The notes under the pieces were generated by a model, which saw only the letters and a list, made by a program, of their open reading frames with translations, searched no databases and was not told where the DNA came from. Positions 18,789 to 28,835 of a stretch of DNA of 60,786 nucleotides are shown one piece after another. The first letter of the stretch is position 1. Every line of letters starts with the position of its first letter. The stretch comes from an uncultured Eubacteriales bacterium. GTDB lineage: Bacteria > Bacillota > Clostridia > Christensenellales > Aristaeellaceae. The DNA lies in NCBI GenBank assembly GCA_900553265.1, contig USDD01000001.1, positions 1 to 60,786 on the forward strand, given 5' to 3'. The position numbers and the translations under genes are program-made.

Positions 18789-19397
18789 ATGAAAAAACTG
18801 TCCATTCGCAACTTCGTCGTCCTCGCGCTGCTGATCGCCATTCTGCTCCTGATGAGCATGACCCCGCTGGGCTATCTGAACATCGGCCCGCTGGCGATCA
18901 CGCTGAACGTCATTCCGCTAGCCGTGGCCGCCGTGGCGCTGGGGCCGGTGGGCGGACTGATCTGCGGCTGCGTGTTCGGCCTGACCAGCTTTCTGCAGTG
19001 TCTCGGCATCGGCGGCAGCAGCGCCATGGGCGTGATGCTCTTCAGCATCAATCCCTTTCTGGCCTTCGTGCAGCGGTTTGTGCCCCGGGCGCTGGACGGC
19101 CTGCTGCTGGGCTGGATCTATCGCGGCCTGTCCAAAAAGGCGAAGCCCTATGTCGCCTGCGCGATCACGGGCTTTCTGTCCGCGTTCCTGAACACGCTGT
19201 TTTTCATGACGGCGCTGCTCGTTCTGTTCGGCGGCACCGAATACGTTCAGGGCCTCGTGGCCGGGCGGAACCTGCTGGTCTTCGTCTGCGCCTTCGTGGG
19301 CGTCAACGCCGTGGCGGAGATGGCAGCGGCCACGGTTCTGACCGGAGCCGTCGGCGCGGCGCTGGGCAAGGCCGGCCTGCTGGACGCACACAAGTAA
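18789..19397 (+). CDS. ECF transporter S component (likely pantothenate-specific, from its position next to coaX)
   Basis: About 6-TM, 202-aa protein with the short basic N-terminus typical of ECF S components. Lies 19 nt upstream of coaX. Confidence 0.7.
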   Translation: MKKLSIRNFVVLALLIAILLLMSMTPLGYLNIGPLAITLNVIPLAVAAVALGPVGGLICGCVFGLTSFLQCLGIGGSSAMGVMLFSINPFLAFVQRFVPRALDGLLLGWIYRGLSKKAKPYVACAITGFLSAFLNTLFFMTALLVLFGGTEYVQGLVAGRNLLVFVCAFVGVNAVAEMAAATVLTGAVGAALGKAGLLDAHK

Positions 19398-19416
19398 ACA
19401 ACGGAGGAGATCGTCC

Positions 19417-20190
19417 ATGATTCTCACGCTGGACATCGGCAATACCAACATCAAGACCGCGCTGTTTGAGGGCATGGAGATGCGTCAGTACTGGCGCATC
19501 TCCACCGACCGCCAGCGCTCGTCGGACGAGCTGGGCCTTCTGCTGATGAACCTTCTGCAATACAACCGCATCGACCGCGGCCAGATCGACGGCATCATGA
19601 TGTCGTCGGTGGTGCCGCAGATCAACTTCACCGTGGAGCACATGTGCCGGAACTACTTCGGCATCGAGCCGATGAAGATCGAGCCGGGCGTCAGGACGGG
19701 CATCAACATCAAGTATGAAAACCCGCGGGAGCTGGGCTCCGACCGCATCGCCAACGCCGTGGCGGCCTACGAGCTCTACGGCGGGCCGTGCATCACCATC
19801 GACTTCGGCACCGCCACGTCCTTCGGCGTGATCTCCGAACGGGGCGAATTCCTCGGCGGAGCCATCTGCCCGGGCCTCAAGCTGGCCGCCGACGCGCTGA
19901 CCGAGCGCGCCGCGAAGCTGCCGCGCTTCGAGCTGACCAAGCCCGAGAGCGTCATCGGCCGCAGCACCGTGACCAACATGCAGGCGGGCATCGTCTACGG
20001 CTACATCGGGCAGGTGAACTACCTGATCGAGCGCATGAAGAAGGAGCTGAACGCGCCCCACGCCAAGGTCATCGCCACCGGCGGACTGGCCGTGCTGGTG
20101 GCCGAGGAGTCCAACGTCATCGACGTGATGGACGGGCTGCTGACGCTGAAGGGCCTGTGCCTGATTCACGCGAAGAACGCGCAGCACTGA
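19417..20190 (+). CDS. coaX: type III pantothenate kinase
   Basis: MILTLDIGNTNIK and ITIDFGTATSF motifs. Confidence 0.93.
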   Translation: MILTLDIGNTNIKTALFEGMEMRQYWRISTDRQRSSDELGLLLMNLLQYNRIDRGQIDGIMMSSVVPQINFTVEHMCRNYFGIEPMKIEPGVRTGINIKYENPRELGSDRIANAVAAYELYGGPCITIDFGTATSFGVISERGEFLGGAICPGLKLAADALTERAAKLPRFELTKPESVIGRSTVTNMQAGIVYGYIGQVNYLIERMKKELNAPHAKVIATGGLAVLVAEESNVIDVMDGLLTLKGLCLIHAKNAQH

Positions 20191-20200
20191 CGCAATGAGC

Positions 20201-20240
20201 AAAGCGAAGGACGGTCTTTCGTGCCGGACTTCGCTTTTTG
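20201..20240 (+). terminator. possible terminator after coaX
   Basis: AAAGCGAAG (20201-20209) pairs with CTTCGCTTT (20229-20237) and runs into TTTTT. The loop is large (19 nt). Confidence 0.35.
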
Positions 20241-20271
20241 AAACGACCGGACATTTCAGAAGGGAAGCGCC

Positions 20272-22470
20272 ATGTCGAAATTCGAGGGAACGGTGGAGGA
20301 GATCGTCTTTCGCAACGATCAGAACGGCTGGACGGTGGCCTCCGTCCGGCTGGACGGCTCGGGACGCACCAGCGCCGTGGGCGTCATGCCGTTCCTCTCG
20401 GCGGGCGAGCACGCCATCTTCGACGGCGAGCTGGTGGAGCATCGGGAATACGGCGAACAGATTCGCGTCAGCGGCTACGAGACCACCCGGCCGGAGACGA
20501 AATCCGCCGTGGAGAAGTATCTGGCCTCGGGTCTCATCAAGGGCGTAGGCCCGGCCACGGCCAGGCTCATCGTCGGCCGCTTCGGCGCGCGGGCGCTGGA
20601 CATACTGGAGAGCGAGCCCGAACGGCTGACCGAGATCGACGGCATCGGCCCCAAGCGCGCCCGCCAGATCGCCGAGGCCTTCGAGGAGCAGAACGCCATG
20701 CGCGGCACGCTGCTGTTTCTGCAGGGCTACGGCCTGTCCCCCGCTCTGTCCATGAAGATCGTCAAGACCTACGGCGAGGCCGCCGAGCAGGTGCTGCGCG
20801 CCAATCCCTACCGGCTGGTGGACGAGGTGGACGGCGTGGGATTCAAGACCGCCGACGCCATCGCCGCGTCGCTGGGCTTTGCCAAGGAGTCCGAGTTTCG
20901 CCTGTGCAGCGGCATCCGCTACGTGCTCTCCGAGGCCGCCAATGGCATGGGCCACATGTACCTGCCCGAGGGCGAGCTCATCGCCCAGGCCGGGCGCGTT
21001 CTCGGCGCGTCGGAGGAGACGACGGCCCGCGCGCTGAAGGTGCTGCTCACCCGCCGGGCGCTGGTTCTGGAGGAGGTTGGAGACGAGCGCGCCGTGTATC
21101 TGCCCAATCTGCTGGACGCGGAGCGCGACACGGCGAAGCTGCTGCTGGCGCTGCGGGATTCCATACTGCCCGCGCCCCAAAGCGAGGAGGCGATCCTCGC
21201 CGAGATCGCCGAATACGAGCGCGACGAGAAGGTCGCCCTCTGCGGGGAGCAGCGCAGCGCCGTGCTGGCCGCCGTCACCGAGGGCGTGGCCGTGGTCACC
21301 GGCGGCCCGGGCACCGGCAAAACCACGTCCATCAACTGCATCATCCGCCTGATGCGCCGCATGGGCCGCGTGGAGCTCTGCGCGCCCACGGGACGCGCGG
21401 CCAAGCGCATGAGCGAGGCCACCGGATGCTCCGCGCGGACGCTGCACCGGCTGCTGGAATACGGCGGCGAGGGGCAGGGCTTCGCCCGGGACGAGGACAA
21501 CCCGCTGGAGGCCGACGTGGTGATCGTGGACGAGATGTCCATGGTGGACGTCTTCCTGATGCGCGCGCTGCTGAGGGCGCTGCGCCCGGGCACGCGGCTG
21601 ATTCTGGTGGGCGACGCGGATCAGCTGCCGTCGGTGGGCGCGGGCAACGTGCTGCGCGATCTCATCGCCGCGGACGTGGTGCGCGTGGTGCGCCTGACGG
21701 AGATCTTCCGCCAGGCGGGCCAGAGCATGATCGTCGTCAACGCCCATCGCATCAACCGCGGCGAATACCCGACGCTGCGCAGCCGGGAGACGGATTTCTT
21801 CATGGAGCGCCGGGAGAGCGTGGCGCAGGCGGCCCAGTCCGTAGTGGCGCTGGTGCAGACGCGGCTGCCCAACTACATGAAGCTGGATTCGCTTCGGGAC
21901 ATTCAGGTCATGGCGCCCATGAAGCGCGGCGATCTGGGCGTGTTCGCGCTGAACCGCGTCCTTCAGCAGGCGCTGAACCCCGCCCATCGGGACAAGCCGG
22001 AGCTGGCGCGGGGCGACGTGATCTTCCGGCTGGGCGACAAGGTCATGCAGGTGCGCAACGACTACGACATCGAGTGGACGTCGCCCGAAAAGGACGGAAC
22101 CGGCGCGTTCAACGGCGACATCGGCTTCGTCGTCTCGGTCAATCGCCGGGAAATGGAGCTGACCGTGGAGTTCGACGACGGCCGCCGGGCGGTGTACGAT
22201 TCGTCCATGCTGGACGAGCTGGAGCCGGCCTACTGCATGTCCGTGCACAAGAGCCAGGGCAGCGAGTTCGAGGCCGTGGTGCTGCCGCTGTTCAGCGGCC
22301 CGCCGATGCTGATGACCCGAAACCTGCTCTACACCGCGGTCACGCGCGCGAAGAAGCTGGTGGTGCTCGTGGGCCGGGAGAGCTGCGTCAGGCAGATGGT
22401 GGACAACAACCACATTCTCCGCCGATACAGCGCCCTGACCGAGCGGCTGAAGCAGGGCAATGGAAGATGA
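20272..22470 (+). CDS. recD2: ATP-dependent RecD-like DNA helicase (RecD2, SF1B)
   Basis: VVTGGPGTGKTT Walker A, VIVDEMSMVD, and the C-terminal SVHKSQGSEF...YTAVTRAK motifs. Confidence 0.92.
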   Translation: MSKFEGTVEEIVFRNDQNGWTVASVRLDGSGRTSAVGVMPFLSAGEHAIFDGELVEHREYGEQIRVSGYETTRPETKSAVEKYLASGLIKGVGPATARLIVGRFGARALDILESEPERLTEIDGIGPKRARQIAEAFEEQNAMRGTLLFLQGYGLSPALSMKIVKTYGEAAEQVLRANPYRLVDEVDGVGFKTADAIAASLGFAKESEFRLCSGIRYVLSEAANGMGHMYLPEGELIAQAGRVLGASEETTARALKVLLTRRALVLEEVGDERAVYLPNLLDAERDTAKLLLALRDSILPAPQSEEAILAEIAEYERDEKVALCGEQRSAVLAAVTEGVAVVTGGPGTGKTTSINCIIRLMRRMGRVELCAPTGRAAKRMSEATGCSARTLHRLLEYGGEGQGFARDEDNPLEADVVIVDEMSMVDVFLMRALLRALRPGTRLILVGDADQLPSVGAGNVLRDLIAADVVRVVRLTEIFRQAGQSMIVVNAHRINRGEYPTLRSRETDFFMERRESVAQAAQSVVALVQTRLPNYMKLDSLRDIQVMAPMKRGDLGVFALNRVLQQALNPAHRDKPELARGDVIFRLGDKVMQVRNDYDIEWTSPEKDGTGAFNGDIGFVVSVNRREMELTVEFDDGRRAVYDSSMLDELEPAYCMSVHKSQGSEFEAVVLPLFSGPPMLMTRNLLYTAVTRAKKLVVLVGRESCVRQMVDNNHILRRYSALTERLKQGNGR

Positions 22471-22507
22471 GCGCGTTCCCGCCGCCCGACAAATCGCGCC
22501 GCGCCAG

Positions 22508-22690
22508 CAGCTTCTGCCGCAATGCGCAGGTGTTTCGACGCACATTTTTCCCAGCGGGCACAGTGTGCGCCGCACAGTTTCTCCCGCCGTAATGCGCAGG
22601 CGATTCGCCGTACATCTTTCTTGGCAGGCGCAGCTTCTGCCGCAATGCACAGGTGTTTCGGCGCGTGTGCCCATTTCCCTCTCCGCCTTC
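22508..22690. repeat. three degenerate tandem repeats (56-67 bp period) in the recD2-comF spacer
   Basis: Copies start at 22508, 22575 and 22631. Copies 1 and 3 share CAGCTTCTGCCGCAATGC(G/A)CAGGTGTTTCG. Copy 2 reads CAGTTTCTCCCGCCGTAATGCGCAGGCGATTCG. Confidence 0.7.
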
Positions 22691-22702
22691 GAAAGCGAGG
22701 TC

Positions 22703-23461
22703 ATGCCCGTGATCTCCCGTCTTTTCGCCGCTCTGTCCGAGCGTCGGCACGATCATTCCGCATCGTCACAGCGCGCGGAGCTTTTTGCCAAAGCGGCGCG
22801 TTTTCCCCGGCTCTCCCGCCTCGGCAACGCGCTGCTCGACCTTCTGTATCCCCGCCGGGCGCGGTGCATGGGCTGCGGAAGCCAAACAGGCTGTCTCAAT
22901 GACTGGCTGTGCGAGGACTGCCGGCAGGCGCTGGCCCGCAGCCGGATGGGCGCGCGCCGGGATTCCGCGCTGGACGGCATGGCGGCGGTGTATTCCTACC
23001 ACGGCCCCGCGGGCGGCATGGTGCGCAGTCTGAAATTCGCCGGCGTGAAGCTGCTGGCGGAGCCCATGGCCGCGGACATGGCCGAGGCGGAAAGAGCGAT
23101 GGAACCCACCGGGATCGAGCTGGTCGTGCCCGTGCCGATGCATCCCCGGCGGCGGCGCAGGCGCGGCTTCAACCATTCGGAGCTGCTGGCCCGCGGCGTG
23201 GCCGAAAAGCTGAGCCTTTCCTACGCCGACGCGCTCGTCCGCACGCGGCACACGGTTCAGCAGTCGGTGCTGGAGGGCGCGGCGCGCCGAACCAATCTCA
23301 GAAACGCCTTCGAATGCCGCGTCGATCTCACCGGCCGCCGCGTGCTGCTGGTGGACGACGTGTACACCACCGGAACCACCGCCCGCGAATGCGCCAAGGC
23401 GCTTCGAAAGGCGGGCGCAAGGAACGTCTATCTGCTCGCCTATTCGGCGGGCGGCCGATAG
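22703..23461 (+). CDS. comFC: ComF family protein (phosphoribosyltransferase-like, competence ComFC type)
   Basis: N-terminal CMGCG...CEDC zinc-finger-like pairs and a C-terminal PRTase motif VLLVDDVYTTGTT. ATG 22703 follows the repeat array. Confidence 0.85.
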   Translation: MPVISRLFAALSERRHDHSASSQRAELFAKAARFPRLSRLGNALLDLLYPRRARCMGCGSQTGCLNDWLCEDCRQALARSRMGARRDSALDGMAAVYSYHGPAGGMVRSLKFAGVKLLAEPMAADMAEAERAMEPTGIELVVPVPMHPRRRRRRGFNHSELLARGVAEKLSLSYADALVRTRHTVQQSVLEGAARRTNLRNAFECRVDLTGRRVLLVDDVYTTGTTARECAKALRKAGARNVYLLAYSAGGR

Positions 23462-23471
23462 GAGCATGCTC

Positions 23472-24239
23472 ATGGAAAAGATTACAAGCGTGAAAAATCC
23501 CGCCGTGCGCGCGCTGCGCGATCTGAAGGACCGCCGGACGCGCGTGGAGACGGGCCGCATCCTCGTGGAGGGCGAGGTCATGATCCGCGAGGCGCTGAAG
23601 TGCGGCCTCACCCCCTGCGATCTGCTGGCCGAGGAGCGCTTTGCCGACTTCGCCGCCGAGATGGCCGGGCACGGCGCGCGGTGCTTCGAGGTGCCGCGCA
23701 GCCTGCTGGAGGCCGTGTGCGAGACGAAATCGCCCCAGGGCGTGTGCGCGTCCTTCACCGCGCCCCAGCCGCGTTCTGTCGGCGCGCTGGGCGGGGCCGT
23801 CGTGGCGCTGGACGGCGTACAGGATCCCGGCAACGTGGGCACCATCTGGCGCACCGCCGACGCGGCGGGCTTTTCGGGCCTGCTGCTGGGCGAAGGCAGC
23901 GCCGATCCGCTGTCGCCCAAGGTGCTGCGCGCGGCCATGGGCTCGGGCTTCCGCGTGCCCTTCGTCCACGCCGCGCCACTGGCCGGCGCGCTGGAGGCGC
24001 TGCGCGCGGAGGGCTATACCGTGATCGCCTCCGACCTGCACGGCTCGGACTTCTACGCCCGGCCGAAGCTGGAGGGCAAAATCGTCCTCGTCATCGGAAA
24101 CGAAGCCCGGGGAATCAGCGACGCCGTGCGCGCGGCGGCCGATCTGCGCCTGAAGCTGCCCATGCGCGGCGGCGCGGAATCCCTGAACGCCGCCGTCGCC
24201 GCCGCCATTCTGATGTACGACCTCATTCACGCGCGGTAA
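23472..24239 (+). CDS. TrmH/SpoU family RNA 2'-O-methyltransferase
   Basis: LDGVQDPGNVGTIWRTA, VIGNEARGIS and ESLNAAVAAAILMY SPOUT motifs. AGGAG lies 7 nt before ATG 23472; the track start is 23466. Confidence 0.88.
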   Translation: MEKITSVKNPAVRALRDLKDRRTRVETGRILVEGEVMIREALKCGLTPCDLLAEERFADFAAEMAGHGARCFEVPRSLLEAVCETKSPQGVCASFTAPQPRSVGALGGAVVALDGVQDPGNVGTIWRTADAAGFSGLLLGEGSADPLSPKVLRAAMGSGFRVPFVHAAPLAGALEALRAEGYTVIASDLHGSDFYARPKLEGKIVLVIGNEARGISDAVRAAADLRLKLPMRGGAESLNAAVAAAILMYDLIHAR

Positions 24240-24284
24240 CGCGTCCATCGGCATTCGCCGCCCGACTGACCGGCGCTCGAAACC

Positions 24285-24450
24285 GCCCATGTGCGGCGGC
24301 GCGGAACTCGCCTGAATCTGTCCATGCATGGCGGCACAGAATTCCTAAGCGCTGCCCTTCTGATGTACGGCCTCCTCTCGTGCGGCAGGAGCATCCGTCA
24401 GAACAGCGAATCCGCCCCTACGCGCGCTGTCGCTCTGATGTGCTCCCCCA
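24285..24450 (+). repeat. decayed duplicate fragments of the trmH-family gene 3' end
   Basis: GCCCATGTGCGGCGGCGCGGAA (24285-) matches GCCCATGCGCGGCGGCGCGGAA (24158-). CTTCTGATGTACGGCCTC (24358-) matches ATTCTGATGTACGACCTC (24208-). A third CTCTGATGT occurs at ~24432. Confidence 0.6.
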
Positions 24451-24472
24451 TCCCCGCGTTCAACGCCAGAAA

Positions 24473-24505
24473 CCCGGAAGGAGCCCTGGCTCCCTCCGGG
24501 TTTTT
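24473..24505. terminator. bidirectional terminator between the trmH-family gene and bofA
   Basis: CCCGGAAGGAGCC pairs with GGCTCCCTCCGGG (12 of 13 positions), followed by TTTTT. Confidence 0.65.
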
Positions 24506-24538
24506 CCTGTGTCCATGTCAGCTTTTCATCCATCCACC

Positions 24539-24805
24539 CTAAAGCAGCAGCTGCATCGCCACCACCATGGCCGCGCCGGGCAGACCCAGGAAGCCCACGG
24601 CCATGGCTGTGAAGGGATTGATCTCCACCGAAAAGCCCGCCAGCGAGCCCAGCACGTTGACCAGCGCCAGCGTCAGCGCACCCAGCACGCCGCCCGCGGC
24701 CAGCCGCCACATGAATCGCATGGGCACCAGCAGCAGATAGCCGATCAGGCACAACAGCGCCAGCCCCACCGCGAACGAAGCCACCAATTCCCACGGAATT
24801 CTCAC
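24539..24805 (-). CDS. bofA: pro-sigmaK processing inhibitor BofA
   Basis: The C-terminus LALVNVLGSLAGFSVEINPFTAMAVGFLGLPGAAMVVAMQLLL parallels B. subtilis BofA. GGAGGTG lies 7 nt before GTG 24805 (88 aa); the track ATG is 24832. Confidence 0.75.
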   Translation of the reverse strand: MRIPWELVASFAVGLALLCLIGYLLLVPMRFMWRLAAGGVLGALTLALVNVLGSLAGFSVEINPFTAMAVGFLGLPGAAMVVAMQLLL

Positions 24806-24862
24806 GCAAAAACACCTCCGCACATTCAGCATATGCGAAGGCGTTTTCCGTTTATGCGGCGC

Positions 24863-25882
<1,020 letters not shown>

Positions 25883-26022
25883 AATTGTATACATCCTCTG
25901 TCGTTTCTTCCGGCCCATGTCCTTCAAACTATAGTCCCGTCGCTTCAGCGAAGGCCATGCGGCTCCGCCGTCGGCAATTCCCACTTACCGGCAGCGGAGG
26001 ACAGGTCCCCGAAAAACGTTTT

Positions 26023-27075
26023 TTATAGCTCCATTCTGACCTGAGCGTCATCCGCGCCGCGCCGATCCGCGCCGCCGGGCATCTTCAGGCCCATGTGGTC
26101 GTAGGCCGCCTGAGTGCAGACGCGGCCCCGGGGCGTGCGCATCAGGAAGCCCAGCTGCAAAAGATAGGGTTCGTAGATGTCCTCGATGGTGGTCGCGTCC
26201 TCGCCGGTGGATGCCGCCAGCGTGTCCAGACCCACCGGGCCGCCGCCGAACTTCTCCATCATGGTGCGCAGCATGGTGCGGTCGGTGTGGTCCAGCCCCA
26301 GCTCGTCCACCTCCAGCATGTCCAGCGCCTCCTGCGCCACCTCCACAGTGATGCGGCCGGTGCCGTTGACCTCGGCGAAATCCCGGACGCGGCGGATGAA
26401 GCGGTTGGCGATGCGGGGCGTGCCACGGGAGCGGCTGGCGATTTCCAGCGCGCCGTCCCGGTCGCACTGGATTTTCAGGATCTTCGCCGAGCGCTGCACG
26501 ATGACCGCCAGCTGCTCGGGCGAATACATCTCCAGCCGGAAGCTGATGCCGAAGCGGTCGCGCAGCGGCGAGGTGAGCATGCCCGCGCGGGTGGTCGCGC
26601 CGATGAGCGTGAACTTCGGCAGATCCAGCCGGATGGAGCGCGCCGACGGGCCCTTGCCGATCATGATGTCCAGCGCGTAGTCCTCCATGGCCGGATAGAG
26701 CACCTCCTCCACGGAGTGGCTCAGGCGATGGATCTCGTCGATGAACAGCACGTCGCCGGCGTTCAGGTTGGTCAGAATGGACGCGAGGTCGCCCGCGCGC
26801 TCGATGGCCGGGCCGCTGGTGACGCGGATGTTGTGGCCCATCTCCGAGGCGATGATACCCGCCAGCGTGGTCTTGCCCAGTCCGGGCGGGCCGTAGAGCA
26901 GAATGTGATCCAGCGGCTCCCGGCGGGCCAGCGCCGCCTGCATGTAGACGCTCAGGCTCTTTTTGAGCTTGTCCTGTCCGAAATACTCGGCCAGCGTTCT
27001 GGGGCGAAGCGATTGCTCCGCGTCCTCGTCCTCCTCCCGGAAACCGGTGGTGATGAGGCGTTCCTCTTCCTGCAT
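26023..27075 (-). CDS. ruvB: Holliday junction branch migration DNA helicase RuvB
   Basis: [30 protein letters not shown] and DEIHRL motifs. Confidence 0.95.
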   Translation of the reverse strand: MQEEERLITTGFREEDEDAEQSLRPRTLAEYFGQDKLKKSLSVYMQAALARREPLDHILLYGPPGLGKTTLAGIIASEMGHNIRVTSGPAIERAGDLASILTNLNAGDVLFIDEIHRLSHSVEEVLYPAMEDYALDIMIGKGPSARSIRLDLPKFTLIGATTRAGMLTSPLRDRFGISFRLEMYSPEQLAVIVQRSAKILKIQCDRDGALEIASRSRGTPRIANRFIRRVRDFAEVNGTGRITVEVAQEALDMLEVDELGLDHTDRTMLRTMMEKFGGGPVGLDTLAASTGEDATTIEDIYEPYLLQLGFLMRTPRGRVCTQAAYDHMGLKMPGGADRRGADDAQVRMEL

Positions 27076-27090
27076 GGCTTCTCCCTTCCG

Positions 27091-28620
27091 TCAGCGGCGC
27101 CTGCCGCCGACCAGTTTCTTCAGCGTGTTCAGGCCCAGCGCCCATGCGCAGGCCAGATAGGCGACGATGGACGCGCCGCCGCAGACCACGAGGCGCAGCG
27201 TCACCTTCAGCGTGCCCTCCGCCGGGGGAACCACGCGGTTGAGCGCGACGCAGACCGCGGTGCACACGGCGGTGGCGGCGACGATCTTGCACAGCTCCCG
27301 GGTCGTGCGGCGCGTGCCGATTCTGCCGAAGCGCTTCTTCAGCAGCAGCACCATGGCCGTCATGCCGCAGTATCCGGCGATGGACGTGGCGAAGGCCAGA
27401 CCGTTCGCGCCCATGAATTTTCTCAGAATGACGTTCAGCACCACGTTGATGGCCACCACCATGCACGAGACGCGGAAGGGCGTCTTCGTATCCTTCAGCG
27501 AGTGGAACACGCGGCTGAAGAAATCGCGCAGGCCGAAGGCCGGGATGCCGATGATGTAGAACATCAGCACGCCCGCGGTGACGCGCACGTCGTCCATGGT
27601 GAACCTGCCGCGCATGTAGGCGAACTGAATCACGTCGCTGGACAGCACCGCGCCTACGGCCACCACCGGCAGCACCACCATGGTGATGACCAGCACGCTC
27701 CGGCGCAGCAGCTTCAGCGCGCCGCGCACATCGTCCTCGGCCACGTGCCTGCTCATCTTGGAGAACATTACCGTCGTCAGCGGCACCAGCAGAATGCCCT
27801 GCACGAAGGTAATCAGCCGGTAGGCCGAGGTCATGGACGTGAGCGTGCCCTCGGGCAGCCCCGAGGCCAGCGCATGGTCGATCATGTGGTTCAGCTCGCT
27901 CACGCCCATGCTCAGCATGGCCGGCAGCGCCAGTCGCATCAGCTTGCGGAAGCGCTCGTCCCCGGCGTTGAGCATGGGCGTATAGGTAAACCATCCCCGC
28001 AGGAACGGAATCAGCACCAGCAGCTGCAGCACATTGGCCGCGAACACGCCCCAGGCCACGGCCTCGATGCCGCAGCGATCGGAAAAGCAGACCGACGCGA
28101 GAATCACGCACACGCTCAGCGGAAAGCCCGTCAGCTGGGCGGCGATGTATTTCTCCATGGCGTTGAGCAGGCTGGACACGGCGATGGACGCGACGTTGAA
28201 CACCAGCGCCAGCACCATGATCTGCGTAAGCCGCGCCGTCAGCGCCGCCTTCTCCGGCGAAAAGCCGTGATACACCAGATTCACCAGCGGCCCGGCCAGA
28301 ATGTACATCAGCGCCGAGACCACCAGTGCCGCCAGCGAAAACAGGTTGATGGAATTGCTGGCGAAGCGATTGGAATGCTTCAGGCTGAACCTCTCCCGCT
28401 CCTCCACGAACAGCGGAATCAGCGTCGCCGAAATGCAGGAATTGAACAGAAGCACCGGCAGATAGAACAGGCTGTACGCCGAGACATACGCGTCGTTTTC
28501 CATGGTGCGGCCGAAATAGGCCGTGGTCACCATGTCGCGGCCGAAGCCCACCGCCTTGCTGAGAATAATTACAAGCGTCACCAGCATCGTGCTGTGCAGC
28601 CATCTGTCTTTCCGAGCCAA
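27091..28620 (-). CDS. murJ: lipid II flippase MurJ (MviN)
   Basis: ILSKAVGFGRDMVTTAYFG N-terminal motif in a ~14-TM, 509-aa protein. Confidence 0.9.
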   Translation of the reverse strand: MARKDRWLHSTMLVTLVIILSKAVGFGRDMVTTAYFGRTMENDAYVSAYSLFYLPVLLFNSCISATLIPLFVEERERFSLKHSNRFASNSINLFSLAALVVSALMYILAGPLVNLVYHGFSPEKAALTARLTQIMVLALVFNVASIAVSSLLNAMEKYIAAQLTGFPLSVCVILASVCFSDRCGIEAVAWGVFAANVLQLLVLIPFLRGWFTYTPMLNAGDERFRKLMRLALPAMLSMGVSELNHMIDHALASGLPEGTLTSMTSAYRLITFVQGILLVPLTTVMFSKMSRHVAEDDVRGALKLLRRSVLVITMVVLPVVAVGAVLSSDVIQFAYMRGRFTMDDVRVTAGVLMFYIIGIPAFGLRDFFSRVFHSLKDTKTPFRVSCMVVAINVVLNVILRKFMGANGLAFATSIAGYCGMTAMVLLLKKRFGRIGTRRTTRELCKIVAATAVCTAVCVALNRVVPPAEGTLKVTLRLVVCGGASIVAYLACAWALGLNTLKKLVGGRRR

Positions 28621-28762
28621 ATTCGATCCCTCCGAATTCTATTCTGTTCCAGTATATCACGGAACGGTTAAAAACAAAATCATCTTGAAGAAGAAAAAAG
28701 CCTCCGAACCATTTCTGGACAGAAATTGAATGGAAACCTTCGCAGATTTTACCGCTTTAACC

Positions 28763-28791
28763 TTGAAAAGGTCTAAAGTGATCACTATACT
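28763..28791 (+). promoter_or_regulatory. sigma-A-type promoter of serC-serA-DUF1015
   Basis: TTGAAA 28763-28768, 17 bp spacer, TATACT 28786-28791, in an AT-rich spacer. Confidence 0.5.
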
Positions 28792-28835
28792 GGTTCTAAA
28801 TCGAAATCAGACTTTGTTTGAATGGGAGGTATACC

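Noticed and set aside
22460-22702. N-terminal 81-aa extension of ComF in the ORF track (start 22460)
   Set aside because: The extension is just the intergenic tandem repeat read in frame (QLLPQCAGVS / QLLPQCTGVS), and it overlaps the recD2 stop. The ComF-like sequence starts after ATG 22703.
19303-22704. 1133-aa minus-strand ORF opposite coaX and recD2
   Set aside because: This is a shadow ORF. It has low-complexity R/A/G/H-rich composition, and the plus strand encodes clear CoaX and RecD2 with helicase motifs.
26048-28671. 870-aa (minus) and 858-aa (plus) ORFs overlapping ruvB and murJ
   Set aside because: They are out-of-frame or antisense shadows of RuvB and MurJ, with no recognisable domains.
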